From the IMG/VR virus record IMGVR_UViG_3300032030_000052: DNA of 64,000 nt, one strand, 5' to 3'. Both the position numbers and the translations under genes were made by a program. Below the pieces are notes generated by a model. The model did no database searches and was not told the DNA's origin. It saw nothing but the letters and a program-made list of their open reading frames with translations. Shown here piece after piece: positions 37,489 to 46,719 of the stretch (positions are counted from its first letter, which is position 1; every line of letters starts with the position of its first letter). The stretch comes from an uncultured virus (IMG/VR IMGVR_UViG_3300032030_000052). Taxonomy: Duplodnaviria > Heunggongvirae > Uroviricota > Caudoviricetes.

Positions 37489-37588
37489 GGTAATTTACTC
37501 CTTTCGGTTGGAACCGATCACATGCCGGTTCAATTGCATTAGTTTTACATGTCCCATACTTGAGACAATCGTAACATTTTAACATGGG

Positions 37589-37876
37589 TCATTCCCCGTT
37601 CTTGATTCGTTCAAGCTGTCTGTCAAGCTTCTCAGTAATCTTCTTGTCGAACGCTTCGTCTGAGATATCATACAGAAGCCTGAGCTGCTGAATCATGATG
37701 GTATTGTCCGCCATCTCGTCCAGCAAGTCTTCTTTCCAGTCACTTTTTCGTTGTGACGGTCTTCTCGTGAGAACATATCCCAGTTCCATCAACTCGGAAA
37801 CGGCTTGCTTTTCCTGTGTAGCCGGTCCGTAATGCTCCGCGATCTTCTCACACTTGTTTACTTGAGATTTCCTCAT
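37589..37876 (-). CDS. MazG-like NTP pyrophosphohydrolase
   Basis: HYG..Q...SELMEL...DEMAD..IMIQQL. Confidence 0.75.
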   Translation of the reverse strand: MRKSQVNKCEKIAEHYGPATQEKQAVSELMELGYVLTRRPSQRKSDWKEDLLDEMADNTIMIQQLRLLYDISDEAFDKKITEKLDRQLERIKNGE

Positions 37877-37959
37877 GGTGATTTACACTCCTCGAATAAA
37901 AAATAGAAGAGGACCTGTCACATCCTCTTCATAAAATCACCTGTAAACTTCGCGAGGTA

Positions 37960-38535
37960 TTAGCTCTTCGGCTGCATGGTCTCCGCGATGCTCTGGTAAA
38001 TCTTGCCGACGTTCTCCAGATTCCGGCTGAAGTCAGCAGCGATACCATCGAGTCTACCCTCGAACTTCTCGAGAATCATCGCCTTAGCGGATTTCTCGAT
38101 GGCTTCAGTCAGTTCGCTCTTGTCGATCATAGCGATCTCCCGAGCCATCTTCTCGGTCACAGCCTGCTTAAGCGGTTCTTTAGCGTTGACCACAGCAGAG
38201 GTTACAGCCCGTTCAACCATAGATGTCATGAGTCCCTCAGTGGCTTTGACCGCCTTTCCAGCAGCGTTCTGAGCGGCTTTCTCAACTGCCTTATCGACCA
38301 CTGCCTGCTGTACGTCGATGTAGGTGAGGGAGCTGACATCGGTCACAGCCGAGTTCACGACCCCCATGACATCCTTCAGCTTCTTGCCGCAATAAACCGC
38401 AGCAACGACGGAAGCACCGGCAAGGACATACCCGAGGATACGTCCCGCCTTGAGCTTACGGTTTTCTTTCTCGATTTCCTTCATGCGGTACTCCATAGCC
38501 GCCTGTTCAGGGTTGATTGCTTGATAGTCAGTCAT
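37960..38535 (-). CDS. membrane-anchored helical protein
   Basis: TM segment; start MTDYQA chosen by GAGGAGG RBS. Confidence 0.65.
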   Translation of the reverse strand: MTDYQAINPEQAAMEYRMKEIEKENRKLKAGRILGYVLAGASVVAAVYCGKKLKDVMGVVNSAVTDVSSLTYIDVQQAVVDKAVEKAAQNAAGKAVKATEGLMTSMVERAVTSAVVNAKEPLKQAVTEKMAREIAMIDKSELTEAIEKSAKAMILEKFEGRLDGIAADFSRNLENVGKIYQSIAETMQPKS

Positions 38536-38779
38536 TGTTTTTATCCTCCTCTTCAAATTCACTATTCTTGATCCAGTGTTTCTCGCTCTCGTAACGATGA
38601 ACAGATTCACTGTCAGTCACGTTAATGGTGCGGATGGCAAACAGGTTATGCGGGTCATCATATCTTGATACAAGTTCACCAAGCAACATCAGTGCACAAT
38701 CGAGATCACTTACCTGCGCGATAACTCGAGTCATGCCATTCGGGTAAACTTCAACCACGATATAATTGTGTTCACACAT
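38528..38779 (-). CDS. hypothetical protein
   Basis: Start MCEHNY chosen by AAGGAGG RBS. Confidence 0.6.
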   Translation of the reverse strand: MCEHNYIVVEVYPNGMTRVIAQVSDLDCALMLLGELVSRYDDPHNLFAIRTINVTDSESVHRYESEKHWIKNSEFEEEDKNND

Positions 38780-39650
38780 CTTCTTTTTCCTCCTTACCAT
38801 TGATAATCGTTTCTTCTCCAGTCGCCGGATTGATACACGTCAGCTCGATATCCGGATTCTCGTCCGCCCACATCTGCGCAAGAAGCAGAGTAACATGGGT
38901 GATATATGCTTCCGCTTCCTTGAGATCAGTGCTATTTGTGTTACTTTCGGTTTCGCCCGCGATATGACCCTCGATGCACACCATGGCGTTGTCAAGATCA
39001 TTAAGCATACCGAGCAGAGAGTTTCTCTGAGCAGTAGAGATAAGCTCATCGTACTTATCGAAGAACGCATCAACCACGTCGAGTTCCTCTTCGTAAGTCT
39101 TTGGTTTGTACTCGATGGGTGAATCTTCTTTCTCGGGTACAATCTCAACCGTAGTAGGCAGGGGATACCGTGACATATACTTCTTCTCGAGCTCATCGAT
39201 GCCGAGTTCCTTGCGAGCTCTCTCATCGTCGATAACCGCAGCGCTGTATTTGATAGCTCGATCAAGCTCTTCCTTCGTAGCGCCGTTGATAGCCATGGTG
39301 GCGATAAGATCAGCCATGTAATGTTTCGAAGTCTTTTTAGTACTTTCGTTGATCGCCTTACGAATAATGTCTACCGCTCGCGAATCGACGAACTTATCAA
39401 GCCAGTCATCAGTATAACCAAAATTAGGAATACCGATAGCGTCAATGATATTGTTCCGGAACTTCACGAGCTTGTCATAGTCCTCATAAGGTTTCTTCTG
39501 ATACTTAGCACGGTCGAAACCATCGTCTTTGAAATTATCGCATCCATCTTCGACACTCTTATCCTCGATGTATCCGCTTACGTCGCACAAGAAACCGTCG
39601 TATTTGATTTCTTCACAATTCTTACAGTGTGCACATAATGATTCTTCCAT
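38772..39650 (-). CDS. mosaic hypothetical protein containing a segment similar to the phage RNAP
   Basis: MADLIATMAINGATKEELDRAIKYSAAVID. Confidence 0.7.
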   Translation of the reverse strand: MEESLCAHCKNCEEIKYDGFLCDVSGYIEDKSVEDGCDNFKDDGFDRAKYQKKPYEDYDKLVKFRNNIIDAIGIPNFGYTDDWLDKFVDSRAVDIIRKAINESTKKTSKHYMADLIATMAINGATKEELDRAIKYSAAVIDDERARKELGIDELEKKYMSRYPLPTTVEIVPEKEDSPIEYKPKTYEEELDVVDAFFDKYDELISTAQRNSLLGMLNDLDNAMVCIEGHIAGETESNTNSTDLKEAEAYITHVTLLLAQMWADENPDIELTCINPATGEETIINGKEEKEDV

Positions 39651-40307
39651 TTATTTTTCCTCCTTAAATAACATTTCTGGATTCATAACCATAGGTTCTG
39701 GTTCATAAAGATTCCCAGTAACAAGTACCCGCATGGCTTCTCGCATCTGATTTGGAGTAGCCGCACAGGACGAGGCTAATTGATGGAATAGAAAGTCGTT
39801 CTTGTCAACAGTATCATCGAGCCCATCGATTGGTTTTGCATATAATTCGATTATTGAGGGTCCTGGGTCTTTTCTGTATGTCGCACGATCTATCCAATCT
39901 ATAACTCCAATGAGTAGCATAGCATATACGATTCCAAATAACCAGAACTCCGGATCGCCACTCAAAGCTAGGGCTGCTACGAAGCACATGATGGACGTGA
40001 TACCGATAAGGAAGATATACCATGCTATTACTCCGCCGTTTATCTCATGTTTAGTAGTCCACGGCATGAATTTACAGCCACATGCAGTACACTTGTGGGG
40101 AATCCATCGGTATTGCTTAGAACCGAATCCTCCGAGCCATCTTACATAGACACTCTCTTCGTAATCCGGAAACCATTTGATCTCCTTACCATCAATATGA
40201 GTATTTCCGCAGTTTGGACACACGAAAGATCTAAGCTCGTTATGACATTCATCGATGGTCGAATCGTTGTCTTTCGGTATGTACAAACCAGATTTGTCAT
40301 GTTTCAT
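39651..40307 (-). CDS. zinc-ribbon membrane protein
   Basis: CPNC...CTAC plus two TM helices. Confidence 0.65.
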   Translation of the reverse strand: MKHDKSGLYIPKDNDSTIDECHNELRSFVCPNCGNTHIDGKEIKWFPDYEESVYVRWLGGFGSKQYRWIPHKCTACGCKFMPWTTKHEINGGVIAWYIFLIGITSIMCFVAALALSGDPEFWLFGIVYAMLLIGVIDWIDRATYRKDPGPSIIELYAKPIDGLDDTVDKNDFLFHQLASSCAATPNQMREAMRVLVTGNLYEPEPMVMNPEMLFKEEK

Positions 40308-40314
40308 CTGACTT

Positions 40315-40566
40315 TCAAGCCTCCTCAAAATCTTTAATGGCTATCAAACGCTCCTGCGCAACGTACTCTTTGATAATCTTCATAAGTTCCGGATAGTCAT
40401 TGAGATCAAGCAACACATCCGCCTGATCGAGTTTCTCGCCATCGATCCGACCGATAATTTGAATCCGGTGATAGTTATCGAAATCATCAACCCTATAAAG
40501 ATCTTCCGTAATCTTCTGAATGGCGTCTTTCATGGCATTCAGCTCGTTTAGCTTATCAAATGTCAT
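40315..40566 (-). CDS. hypothetical protein
   Basis: ORF with RBS. Confidence 0.6.
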   Translation of the reverse strand: MTFDKLNELNAMKDAIQKITEDLYRVDDFDNYHRIQIIGRIDGEKLDQADVLLDLNDYPELMKIIKEYVAQERLIAIKDFEEA

Positions 40567-40582
40567 GGTTTATTTCCTCCTA

Positions 40583-40972
40583 TCATCTTTTACGAAGCTC
40601 GAATTTATCGCAACAGTGCTCACTCGTGGATATAACCCCGAATCTATTACTATGACAACATGTTCCTCTTATAAATTCAGGTGCGAGATAATCAAAGTGC
40701 TTACAAAGACCGCAAATTTTAATGCCATCCATATCGTCTCCGATAATCTCATCGTCACTATAGCAAGGATGGTTACAACCTAATTCCGGACACTTAGCTG
40801 TCCATTTCTCAGTTAAGTCCGGCATGGATAGAGAAGTCAGGACACACTCTCCTGCAAATGAAGACGCTACGAATTCACATCCGCAGCGCCCGCATTCGAA
40901 TCTCACCTTAATGTCATTCTTCTCATCATATCCCGCAGCCTTTTCCATCGAACCCCTTTTAAGAATCTCCAT
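40583..40972 (-). CDS. Cys-rich zinc-binding protein
   Basis: CGRC, CPELGC, CGLC. Confidence 0.6.
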   Translation of the reverse strand: MEILKRGSMEKAAGYDEKNDIKVRFECGRCGCEFVASSFAGECVLTSLSMPDLTEKWTAKCPELGCNHPCYSDDEIIGDDMDGIKICGLCKHFDYLAPEFIRGTCCHSNRFGVISTSEHCCDKFELRKR

Positions 40973-40981
40973 GGTATCACC

Positions 40982-41236
40982 TCACTCGCATGCAACGACG
41001 TAGTAATTCTTACCATCTTCAGTAGCAATGCCGAGAACGCCATCATATCGAAGAAGCTCATCGAACCATTTCATAGCATCCACAGCATCATCCCATTTGA
41101 TGGTACCGACATATCTCGGATTCGGTTCCCACTTCGGAATAACTACCGGACGATCGATCCAATCACACTCTTCAGGGTCTATATATGTGAATTCATTGTT
41201 GGTGAAAGTTTCATCGTCGAGACTAAACTCCTCAAT
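40982..41236 (-). CDS. 84-aa hypothetical protein with apparent ATT start
   Basis: AAGGAG-AATAT-ATT-GAG...; open frame fills the gap exactly. Confidence 0.5.
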   Translation of the reverse strand: MEEFSLDDETFTNNEFTYIDPEECDWIDRPVVIPKWEPNPRYVGTIKWDDAVDAMKWFDELLRYDGVLGIATEDGKNYYVVACE

Positions 41237-41245
41237 ATATTCTCC

Positions 41246-41749
41246 TTATTTTCTTACAATCGAGATGTTTGTGATCTCAAGATTTCGGTCAGTGATAAGT
41301 GCATCGACGATCTTGCCGACGGTAAGCTTCTCGCATCCAGAGATGATGACTTTACCATCAGCCGCGATGTCGTATGCAGGGTATTTCTTTTCCGTCTTTG
41401 CTTTGGTCTGTTTCTGTTTATTACTCCATGCGCCTTCGAGTTCGGACACGTCCGTAACGGTATAGGCTCCAGGGGCGAAGTCTGATTTGTTGTCTTTCTT
41501 CTCAATCTTACCATCGTCCGTACCGATTCCGAAGCGCTTCAGCAGCTCGCTGTCAAAGCGACCCGGATGCTCGGTCATGTATTCAACGAGGTGCTCCCTG
41601 CGAATGCGGATGGTGTTCTGCTTGTTATTCATCGACACGTCCGCTTTGAGATGACCATCATAGATATATCTACGAATTGTAACAGGTGTGCATCCGAAGA
41701 TCTGAGCCACTTCGGGAACGGAATATCCGATTTTGTTATAGTTCTTCAT
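41246..41749 (-). CDS. excisionase-like HTH DNA-binding protein
   Basis: YSVPEVAQIFGCTPVTIRRYIYDGHLKA. Confidence 0.8.
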   Translation of the reverse strand: MKNYNKIGYSVPEVAQIFGCTPVTIRRYIYDGHLKADVSMNNKQNTIRIRREHLVEYMTEHPGRFDSELLKRFGIGTDDGKIEKKDNKSDFAPGAYTVTDVSELEGAWSNKQKQTKAKTEKKYPAYDIAADGKVIISGCEKLTVGKIVDALITDRNLEITNISIVRK

Positions 41750-41779
41750 AATTTTCCTCCAGTTTAAGTTTAATAAAGT

Positions 41780-42007
41780 TCAGTCGAATGCCCCATGCAG
41801 ATACTTGTTCCAGATCTGCGCTGGGGTTCTTGCCTTGTGAATTTTCTTAGCCGTGATACCATCTTCTGTAACCTCGTACAGAAAGTAGGTATCGCGCTTT
41901 TTATCGGAAGTGATAAGGAAGCGGCAACGTTCTTCACCATTACTCACGACGTAAATCCGTTCCCAGATCACTTCTCCTCTGTCGATTTTGAAATCAGGGT
42001 TCTCCAT
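41780..42007 (-). CDS. hypothetical protein
   Basis: Start MENPDF chosen by GGAGG RBS. Confidence 0.6.
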   Translation of the reverse strand: MENPDFKIDRGEVIWERIYVVSNGEERCRFLITSDKKRDTYFLYEVTEDGITAKKIHKARTPAQIWNKYLHGAFD

Positions 42008-42188
42008 TCTTCTTTTCCTCCCGATTACCGACGATGCCCATCTGACCCTCACCATAATCGACGAGGTCACAGACATCACCATAGGTGTAATCTGCGGTTT
42101 CAGAGTCTTTCTGAGCAGTGACAACCTCCATGTCACCATTCGTGAGCAGGAATGTCATAAGGTCATTGACAAGCTTACTCAGTTTCAT
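41994..42188 (-). CDS. hypothetical protein
   Basis: Coupled ORF. Confidence 0.55.
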   Translation of the reverse strand: MKLSKLVNDLMTFLLTNGDMEVVTAQKDSETADYTYGDVCDLVDYGEGQMGIVGNREEKKNGEP

Positions 42189-42445
42189 TTGATTTCACCT
42201 CCTTCATCCTCGAATACTTCCCAGTCGTCGGCAAAGATGTCATGTGTGGTGATGTGATGAACGATAAAGGTCCTCCAACGAACCTTTTCGCCCGCTTTAG
42301 ATGCTCTGATATGCTTGAGAAGACAGGGAAACTCATGGTCATAATCCTCGTCGATACCGATACTGAAGCAGATAGTTCCACGGTATTTCGGTCTCGTGAT
42401 TTTCATACCGGCTCTCAGCTGAGCCATGACTTCTTCAAAGGTCAT
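42185..42445 (-). CDS. DUF2829-like small protein
   Basis: MTFEE...G.K..R...DIFADDWEV. Confidence 0.6.
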   Translation of the reverse strand: MTFEEVMAQLRAGMKITRPKYRGTICFSIGIDEDYDHEFPCLLKHIRASKAGEKVRWRTFIVHHITTHDIFADDWEVFEDEGGEIK

Positions 42446-43101
42446 ACCGATTCCTCCTTCGTGGATTCAGAACAGTATCCATCAATAAACTCGTGGATTT
42501 CTTCAAGACACTTTTTGCCGAGGTTTCTGAATGACATGAGTGTCTTATCGTCAGTAGAAAGAAGATCATCTATGGTCTCGATCCCGTTTCGCTTCAAAGC
42601 AGCATATGTTCGAATCGAGAAATCACAGTTTTCAATACCGGAATCTCGAGAAAGAGGCTCCTTCTCGATAATTACTGAGTGATGACCAGCTGCGTAACCA
42701 TGGTCGTATCCAAGAGTATATGCTTCGTCACGTACTCTCTTGAAGTTTTGAAAGAAATTATATGATATACCAAGACGGATCATATTGCGGTAGGTTTCGC
42801 ATCCGCCAATATATTCGATTGCTTTACAGATATAGGCAGATACGCATGAGCGGGTGATGCCAAAGTCGACGGCGATATTATGCATACTGCTTCCGAAGCG
42901 GTAATACTCCTGAACGAAAGTACTGCCCAAGATTCTGGATTTTGTTGTACTATGACGCATCCGTGCGAATAGATACTCCAGAACTTCTTCAATGTCTTCA
43001 GGAGCGTCATCCTCGCATTCCGGCAGTTTGTCATGGGCATCGATTCGCTTATTGATCTCAGCCAAGAAGTTATACGGCCATTTAAGATCAGAATTTTTCA
43101 T
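42442..43101 (-). CDS. HTH plus RNA polymerase alpha-CTD-like domain protein
   Basis: IENCDFSIRTYAALKRNGIETIDDLL...FRNLGKKCLEEI. Confidence 0.8.
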   Translation of the reverse strand: MKNSDLKWPYNFLAEINKRIDAHDKLPECEDDAPEDIEEVLEYLFARMRHSTTKSRILGSTFVQEYYRFGSSMHNIAVDFGITRSCVSAYICKAIEYIGGCETYRNMIRLGISYNFFQNFKRVRDEAYTLGYDHGYAAGHHSVIIEKEPLSRDSGIENCDFSIRTYAALKRNGIETIDDLLSTDDKTLMSFRNLGKKCLEEIHEFIDGYCSESTKEESV

Positions 43102-43242
43102 TTTAAGTTCCTCCTTAAGTTTAATTAAGTTTAGATTTCTTGATCAAATAGTCGAAGGACTTGTGGTCCTTAGCAACCGAGCGTACCTTTGATTTGCGGA
43201 ACCGCTTGTTACGGTTTACGTGTTTCGCGATGGGTTTCATAG

Positions 43243-43551
43243 TTAAACCTCCGTTCTGTTCAGTTCAAGTTCAGTAACCCAGTATTTAACGGTGATATCA
43301 TCAAAACCACCGTATCCGACTGAAAAGACGACACGCTTTTCTTAATCAACCATCAGTTCACTGATCTCAGCATCGCCATTACCACCAAGATAGTCGTCGA
43401 TATCCTGCTTGATACAGCTATAGATGGTATTGAATGCGGTTTCGAAATTGTCGAAGGCGCCTACCTCTTTACAAATTTCGTTTTCGTAAACGTCATGGTC
43501 AAAGCATCCTGCACACGTAATGGTTTGCTTCTCGATAACATAGATCTTCAT
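43243..43551 (-). pseudogene. paralog of 48661-49041 interrupted by TAA at 43342-43344
   Basis: Similarity continues past the stop (VKYWVTELELNR vs VTYKVTEFELHR). Confidence 0.7.
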
Positions 43552-43581
43552 TTTAAGTTCCTCCTTAAGTTTAGTAAAGAT

Positions 43582-43651
43582 AAAAAAGAGGAGCCAACGT
43601 AATGTCAGCTCCAAATTGCCGTGAAGATCAACCTGAGTTAGGTTCTCTCTC
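43582..43651 (-). ncRNA. candidate ~70-nt RNA
   Basis: Promoter motif 43652-43676; terminator GGAGCTGAC-ATTAC-GTTGGCTCC then a T-run; no ORF. Confidence 0.45.
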
Positions 43652-43695
43652 CACTACATACCTTGTTATTTTCGCGTAAAAAGGAAAAGCACTCG

Positions 43696-43917
43696 TTATG
43701 AGTGCCCTTCCTCATTCGGATATAATTCTACTGCTGCTAACGCGAATCCAGCTGCTGTTGTTGCATGGTTCCAAGCACGGATTCCAAGGCATGTTGCTAA
43801 TTTTTTCATACCGATTTTTCTAGTAAATTCGGCTGCGTGACCATAGCCTATACCTAAATATCTGTGCAACTTTCCGATTTTGCAAATTTCAAGCTGTGCT
43901 TTTCTGCGTCCTGTCAT
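43696..43917 (-). CDS. cassette-borne hypothetical protein
   Basis: Promoter motif 43932-43956, AGGAGG RBS, terminator. Confidence 0.6.
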   Translation of the reverse strand: MTGRRKAQLEICKIGKLHRYLGIGYGHAAEFTRKIGMKKLATCLGIRAWNHATTAAGFALAAVELYPNEEGHS

Positions 43918-43958
43918 TAGGACCACCTCCTCATCAAAGAGGTTGCAGTTTTCGCGAA

Positions 43959-44336
43959 TTACAGAGTTTCTACCATCCATGCTGCGAGCTCTTCTTTTAA
44001 CTGTTTGGCACCTTTCTTCTTACCAACCGTCTTTTTCATCTCCTCAACCTTCTTGATGAGTGCCTTTCTTGAAATCGAGAAAGCGCCGACATTATCCCGA
44101 TTGAGTATATCGATACACACTGAAAGTGCTCTGTTCGTCACCATCTCGTGCATAATAAGATAGTTGATAGCATAGACATGGATCGTTTTCATCGTACCAG
44201 GCTTACTCTCGAGATAAGTAGCCGTGGTTCTCGACACATCGAGCATCTCTGCGAGGTCTTCAAGCGACCACCCAGCAAAGGCTCTGATGATCGGTAAGTC
44301 CTGTCTGAACTGTTCGATAGCGGTTTCATCAAACAT
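43959..44336 (-). CDS. XRE-family HTH regulator
   Basis: IRAFAGWSLEDLAEMLDVSRTTATYLE. Confidence 0.8.
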   Translation of the reverse strand: MFDETAIEQFRQDLPIIRAFAGWSLEDLAEMLDVSRTTATYLESKPGTMKTIHVYAINYLIMHEMVTNRALSVCIDILNRDNVGAFSISRKALIKKVEEMKKTVGKKKGAKQLKEELAAWMVETL

Positions 44337-44383
44337 TTACCATACCTCCTAAGTTTTAGAAAATGGAAGAGCCCCCGTGTGAA

Positions 44384-44650
44384 TCACGAGGGTTCCTCTC
44401 TGTTGCTGTCAGATAAGTCCTTTTTCATAGCGAGTGGATTTGTCGCGAATAAGAACAGCGTAACGATTTGCGAATATGCCTCAAGTACAAACTCAATCGC
44501 GAGAGCTGGAATACCAACCACGATGTAGATGAACAACATGAATATTAACCATAATGTCCTTCCAATCATGCCGATTTCCAATCTTTCGTTATTGAACATT
44601 TCCTCAGCATCTTTTCTGTTGTTGAAACGCACGTCCATGAATTTCTTCAT
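44384..44650 (-). CDS. cassette-borne membrane protein
   Basis: Promoter motif 44688-44712; hydrophobic segment. Confidence 0.6.
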   Translation of the reverse strand: MKKFMDVRFNNRKDAEEMFNNERLEIGMIGRTLWLIFMLFIYIVVGIPALAIEFVLEAYSQIVTLFLFATNPLAMKKDLSDSNREEPS

Positions 44651-44714
44651 ACAAATTCCTCCTTAATATCATTTGGGACTTATTTCCCATTATATAAGGA
44701 GTAATTTTTGCGAA

Positions 44715-45050
44715 TTAGCTAGCCATCGTAGGGTCAAACGAATCGAATTCTCCTGAAAGAAGCATCTTCTCAAGATTGTGACCCATGCGAATCTCTCGGT
44801 TCGTCCGTTCGCATTTGCCAAGAGTTATTTCAAATTTGGAATCGGGTTTGTCATGGACGAAGATGCGATATCCCTTAGTGAACAGCAATGTGCTCAGGGT
44901 ACAGACTTGAATAGTTCTTACATCATGACATCTCGAAACTGCGCTATCGACCATATCAACTGTTAGTTGCATCCCGTAAAGATCTTTATAATTATGGTTA
45001 ATCGGCAGATACAAATACAGATGATACTCCGGTTTTCTAATCTCATTCAC
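44715..45050 (-). CDS. hypothetical protein
   Basis: Coupled to helicase stop. Confidence 0.6.
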   Translation of the reverse strand: MNEIRKPEYHLYLYLPINHNYKDLYGMQLTVDMVDSAVSRCHDVRTIQVCTLSTLLFTKGYRIFVHDKPDSKFEITLGKCERTNREIRMGHNLEKMLLSGEFDSFDPTMAS

Positions 45051-46321
45051 GCTGCATCCCTCCTCTCGAATTTCCTGAATGTAATATTATAATGCTTGCC
45101 GACGAACCGTGTTTCGTTGAACTGCTTCTTAGTTCTAAGAGCGTTACGAACAGCGTTCTCGATGGAGCTGTGGGACGTCAGATGGTAGTAATACAGGTCT
45201 ACGAACGTCGTGTTCAGTCTGTCGATGCGTCCTGCCGATTGTTCCATCATCTTATACGAATAGTTTTCGGAATAGAAGACGATGGTATCGGTCGTAACGC
45301 AATTCCACCCTTCTGCTCCGGCATTGTATTGGACGAGATACACCCATCGCTTAGATGTCGGAACCGGCTGATGCTTATGTCCCGACCACTCTGCGATTTC
45401 TACGTCTCCACCATAACCGAGATTAAGCAGGATTTCCCGCTCGTAATCGAAGTTATAGAAGATAATCATTTTCGGATGCTTCTCAAACAACTCAAGAATC
45501 GCGAGTTGCCTGGAATCGGTCTCTGACACCATCCGACGCAAGCACTGACAGAACTCTCCTGGAGTCTCGATAGGCTTATCCGCAAATGGATTCCATCGCA
45601 TCTTGAGTATCTTCCGGTACGCTTCTTTATCGAATGTCGTGTAGATATACTCATGGTGCTGAGTTGTAGCCCTGACGACATCCATATCGACCAGAATCCT
45701 GTCACGAAGCCGTATCAGACGCCCCTCGTTTATGTATCGATCAATCTGAGGGAACTTAGTGAATGGCTTCATAACAATGTGCTCTTCTTTGAATTCCGTC
45801 CTGTTCCGATAGAATCCATTGGCTATGAACACTGGAATGTAGTCCGACCATGTATCGCCGGGAGTAGCCGACAGCAGAATCCAATGGTTATATCGAGCAA
45901 TCTTGAGGAATGCTTTCACCCATGCTCCACTACCGACAACTCTCTGCTCGTCAAAGATAAAGAAAGCATTGCGCACTTCCTTATACTTCTTTATGTTGTT
46001 CCACGAGTCAACCACTACTTTGTTCTTGTAATAGTTATGCTCTGGATTTGTACTTAGTAGGAATGGTGTCATCTCACCTTCCCATTCGAGTTTATCACGC
46101 TTCTGAGCAGTCGTTATGATATACAAGTCCATGGGAGCGCGCATGTCGCAGGCAAGTTCCGCGAGATTCTCGTCGACAACCCGTATCTTTCCCCCGTTTT
46201 GTTGATAATAGTACGCGAGAGCCGTTCGAGACTTGCCACTACCGGTACCCCCATGGACAATGCATCCATCTCTTATCTTATCCAGTGCCTCAACTTGATG
46301 TGTCCCCAATTCCAGCATCAT
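45047..46321 (-). CDS. SNF2/SF2 helicase
   Basis: GTGSGKS, FDEQ, LSATP, EGWN, QSAGRIDR. Confidence 0.9.
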   Translation of the reverse strand: MMLELGTHQVEALDKIRDGCIVHGGTGSGKSRTALAYYYQQNGGKIRVVDENLAELACDMRAPMDLYIITTAQKRDKLEWEGEMTPFLLSTNPEHNYYKNKVVVDSWNNIKKYKEVRNAFFIFDEQRVVGSGAWVKAFLKIARYNHWILLSATPGDTWSDYIPVFIANGFYRNRTEFKEEHIVMKPFTKFPQIDRYINEGRLIRLRDRILVDMDVVRATTQHHEYIYTTFDKEAYRKILKMRWNPFADKPIETPGEFCQCLRRMVSETDSRQLAILELFEKHPKMIIFYNFDYEREILLNLGYGGDVEIAEWSGHKHQPVPTSKRWVYLVQYNAGAEGWNCVTTDTIVFYSENYSYKMMEQSAGRIDRLNTTFVDLYYYHLTSHSSIENAVRNALRTKKQFNETRFVGKHYNITFRKFERRDAA

Positions 46322-46715
46322 GGTTTGGTTCCTCCATGTTTTGGATTTTGCTCATCTGTTCTCCGACATTTCTACCAGAGATCATGGCTATAGTAATGAC
46401 GTTGCGGAGGAGGGTTACGTTTTCGTGAGTGTTCTTGAACGAGAAGTCATTCTCGTCGAAGTTTCTCAGCATAGCTTTGATATTACCGAGAGCCTGTACG
46501 ACCATGACATTGAGATCATAACGCTCGCACAGGGCATCAAACGACTCTAGCATTTTGGTGTTGGATGCGTTCTCTTCGCGGAATTTCCGTCTCGCGACCT
46601 GTGTACGGCAAAGATCATCAGCTCTAGCCGCAGCTATCTTGAATAACATATCAACGACGTCCTTAGGAGCATCGTCGAGCATTTCTTTCAGGAAATCTTC
46701 GAACATCCTTGTCAC
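46290..46715 (-). CDS. hypothetical protein
   Basis: Coupled ORF. Confidence 0.6.
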   Translation of the reverse strand: MTRMFEDFLKEMLDDAPKDVVDMLFKIAAARADDLCRTQVARRKFREENASNTKMLESFDALCERYDLNVMVVQALGNIKAMLRNFDENDFSFKNTHENVTLLRNVITIAMISGRNVGEQMSKIQNMEEPNHDAGIGDTSS

Positions 46716-46719
46716 CTCC

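Noticed and set aside
39725..39765. ATPNQMREA resembling portal ATPNEMRQA
   Set aside because: Only about 9 residues, too short to distinguish from chance.
26218..43551. Genome-wide stop-codon reassignment
   Set aside because: The interruptions involve different codons (TAG, TAA, TGA), core genes are intact in code 11, and no suppressor tRNA was seen.
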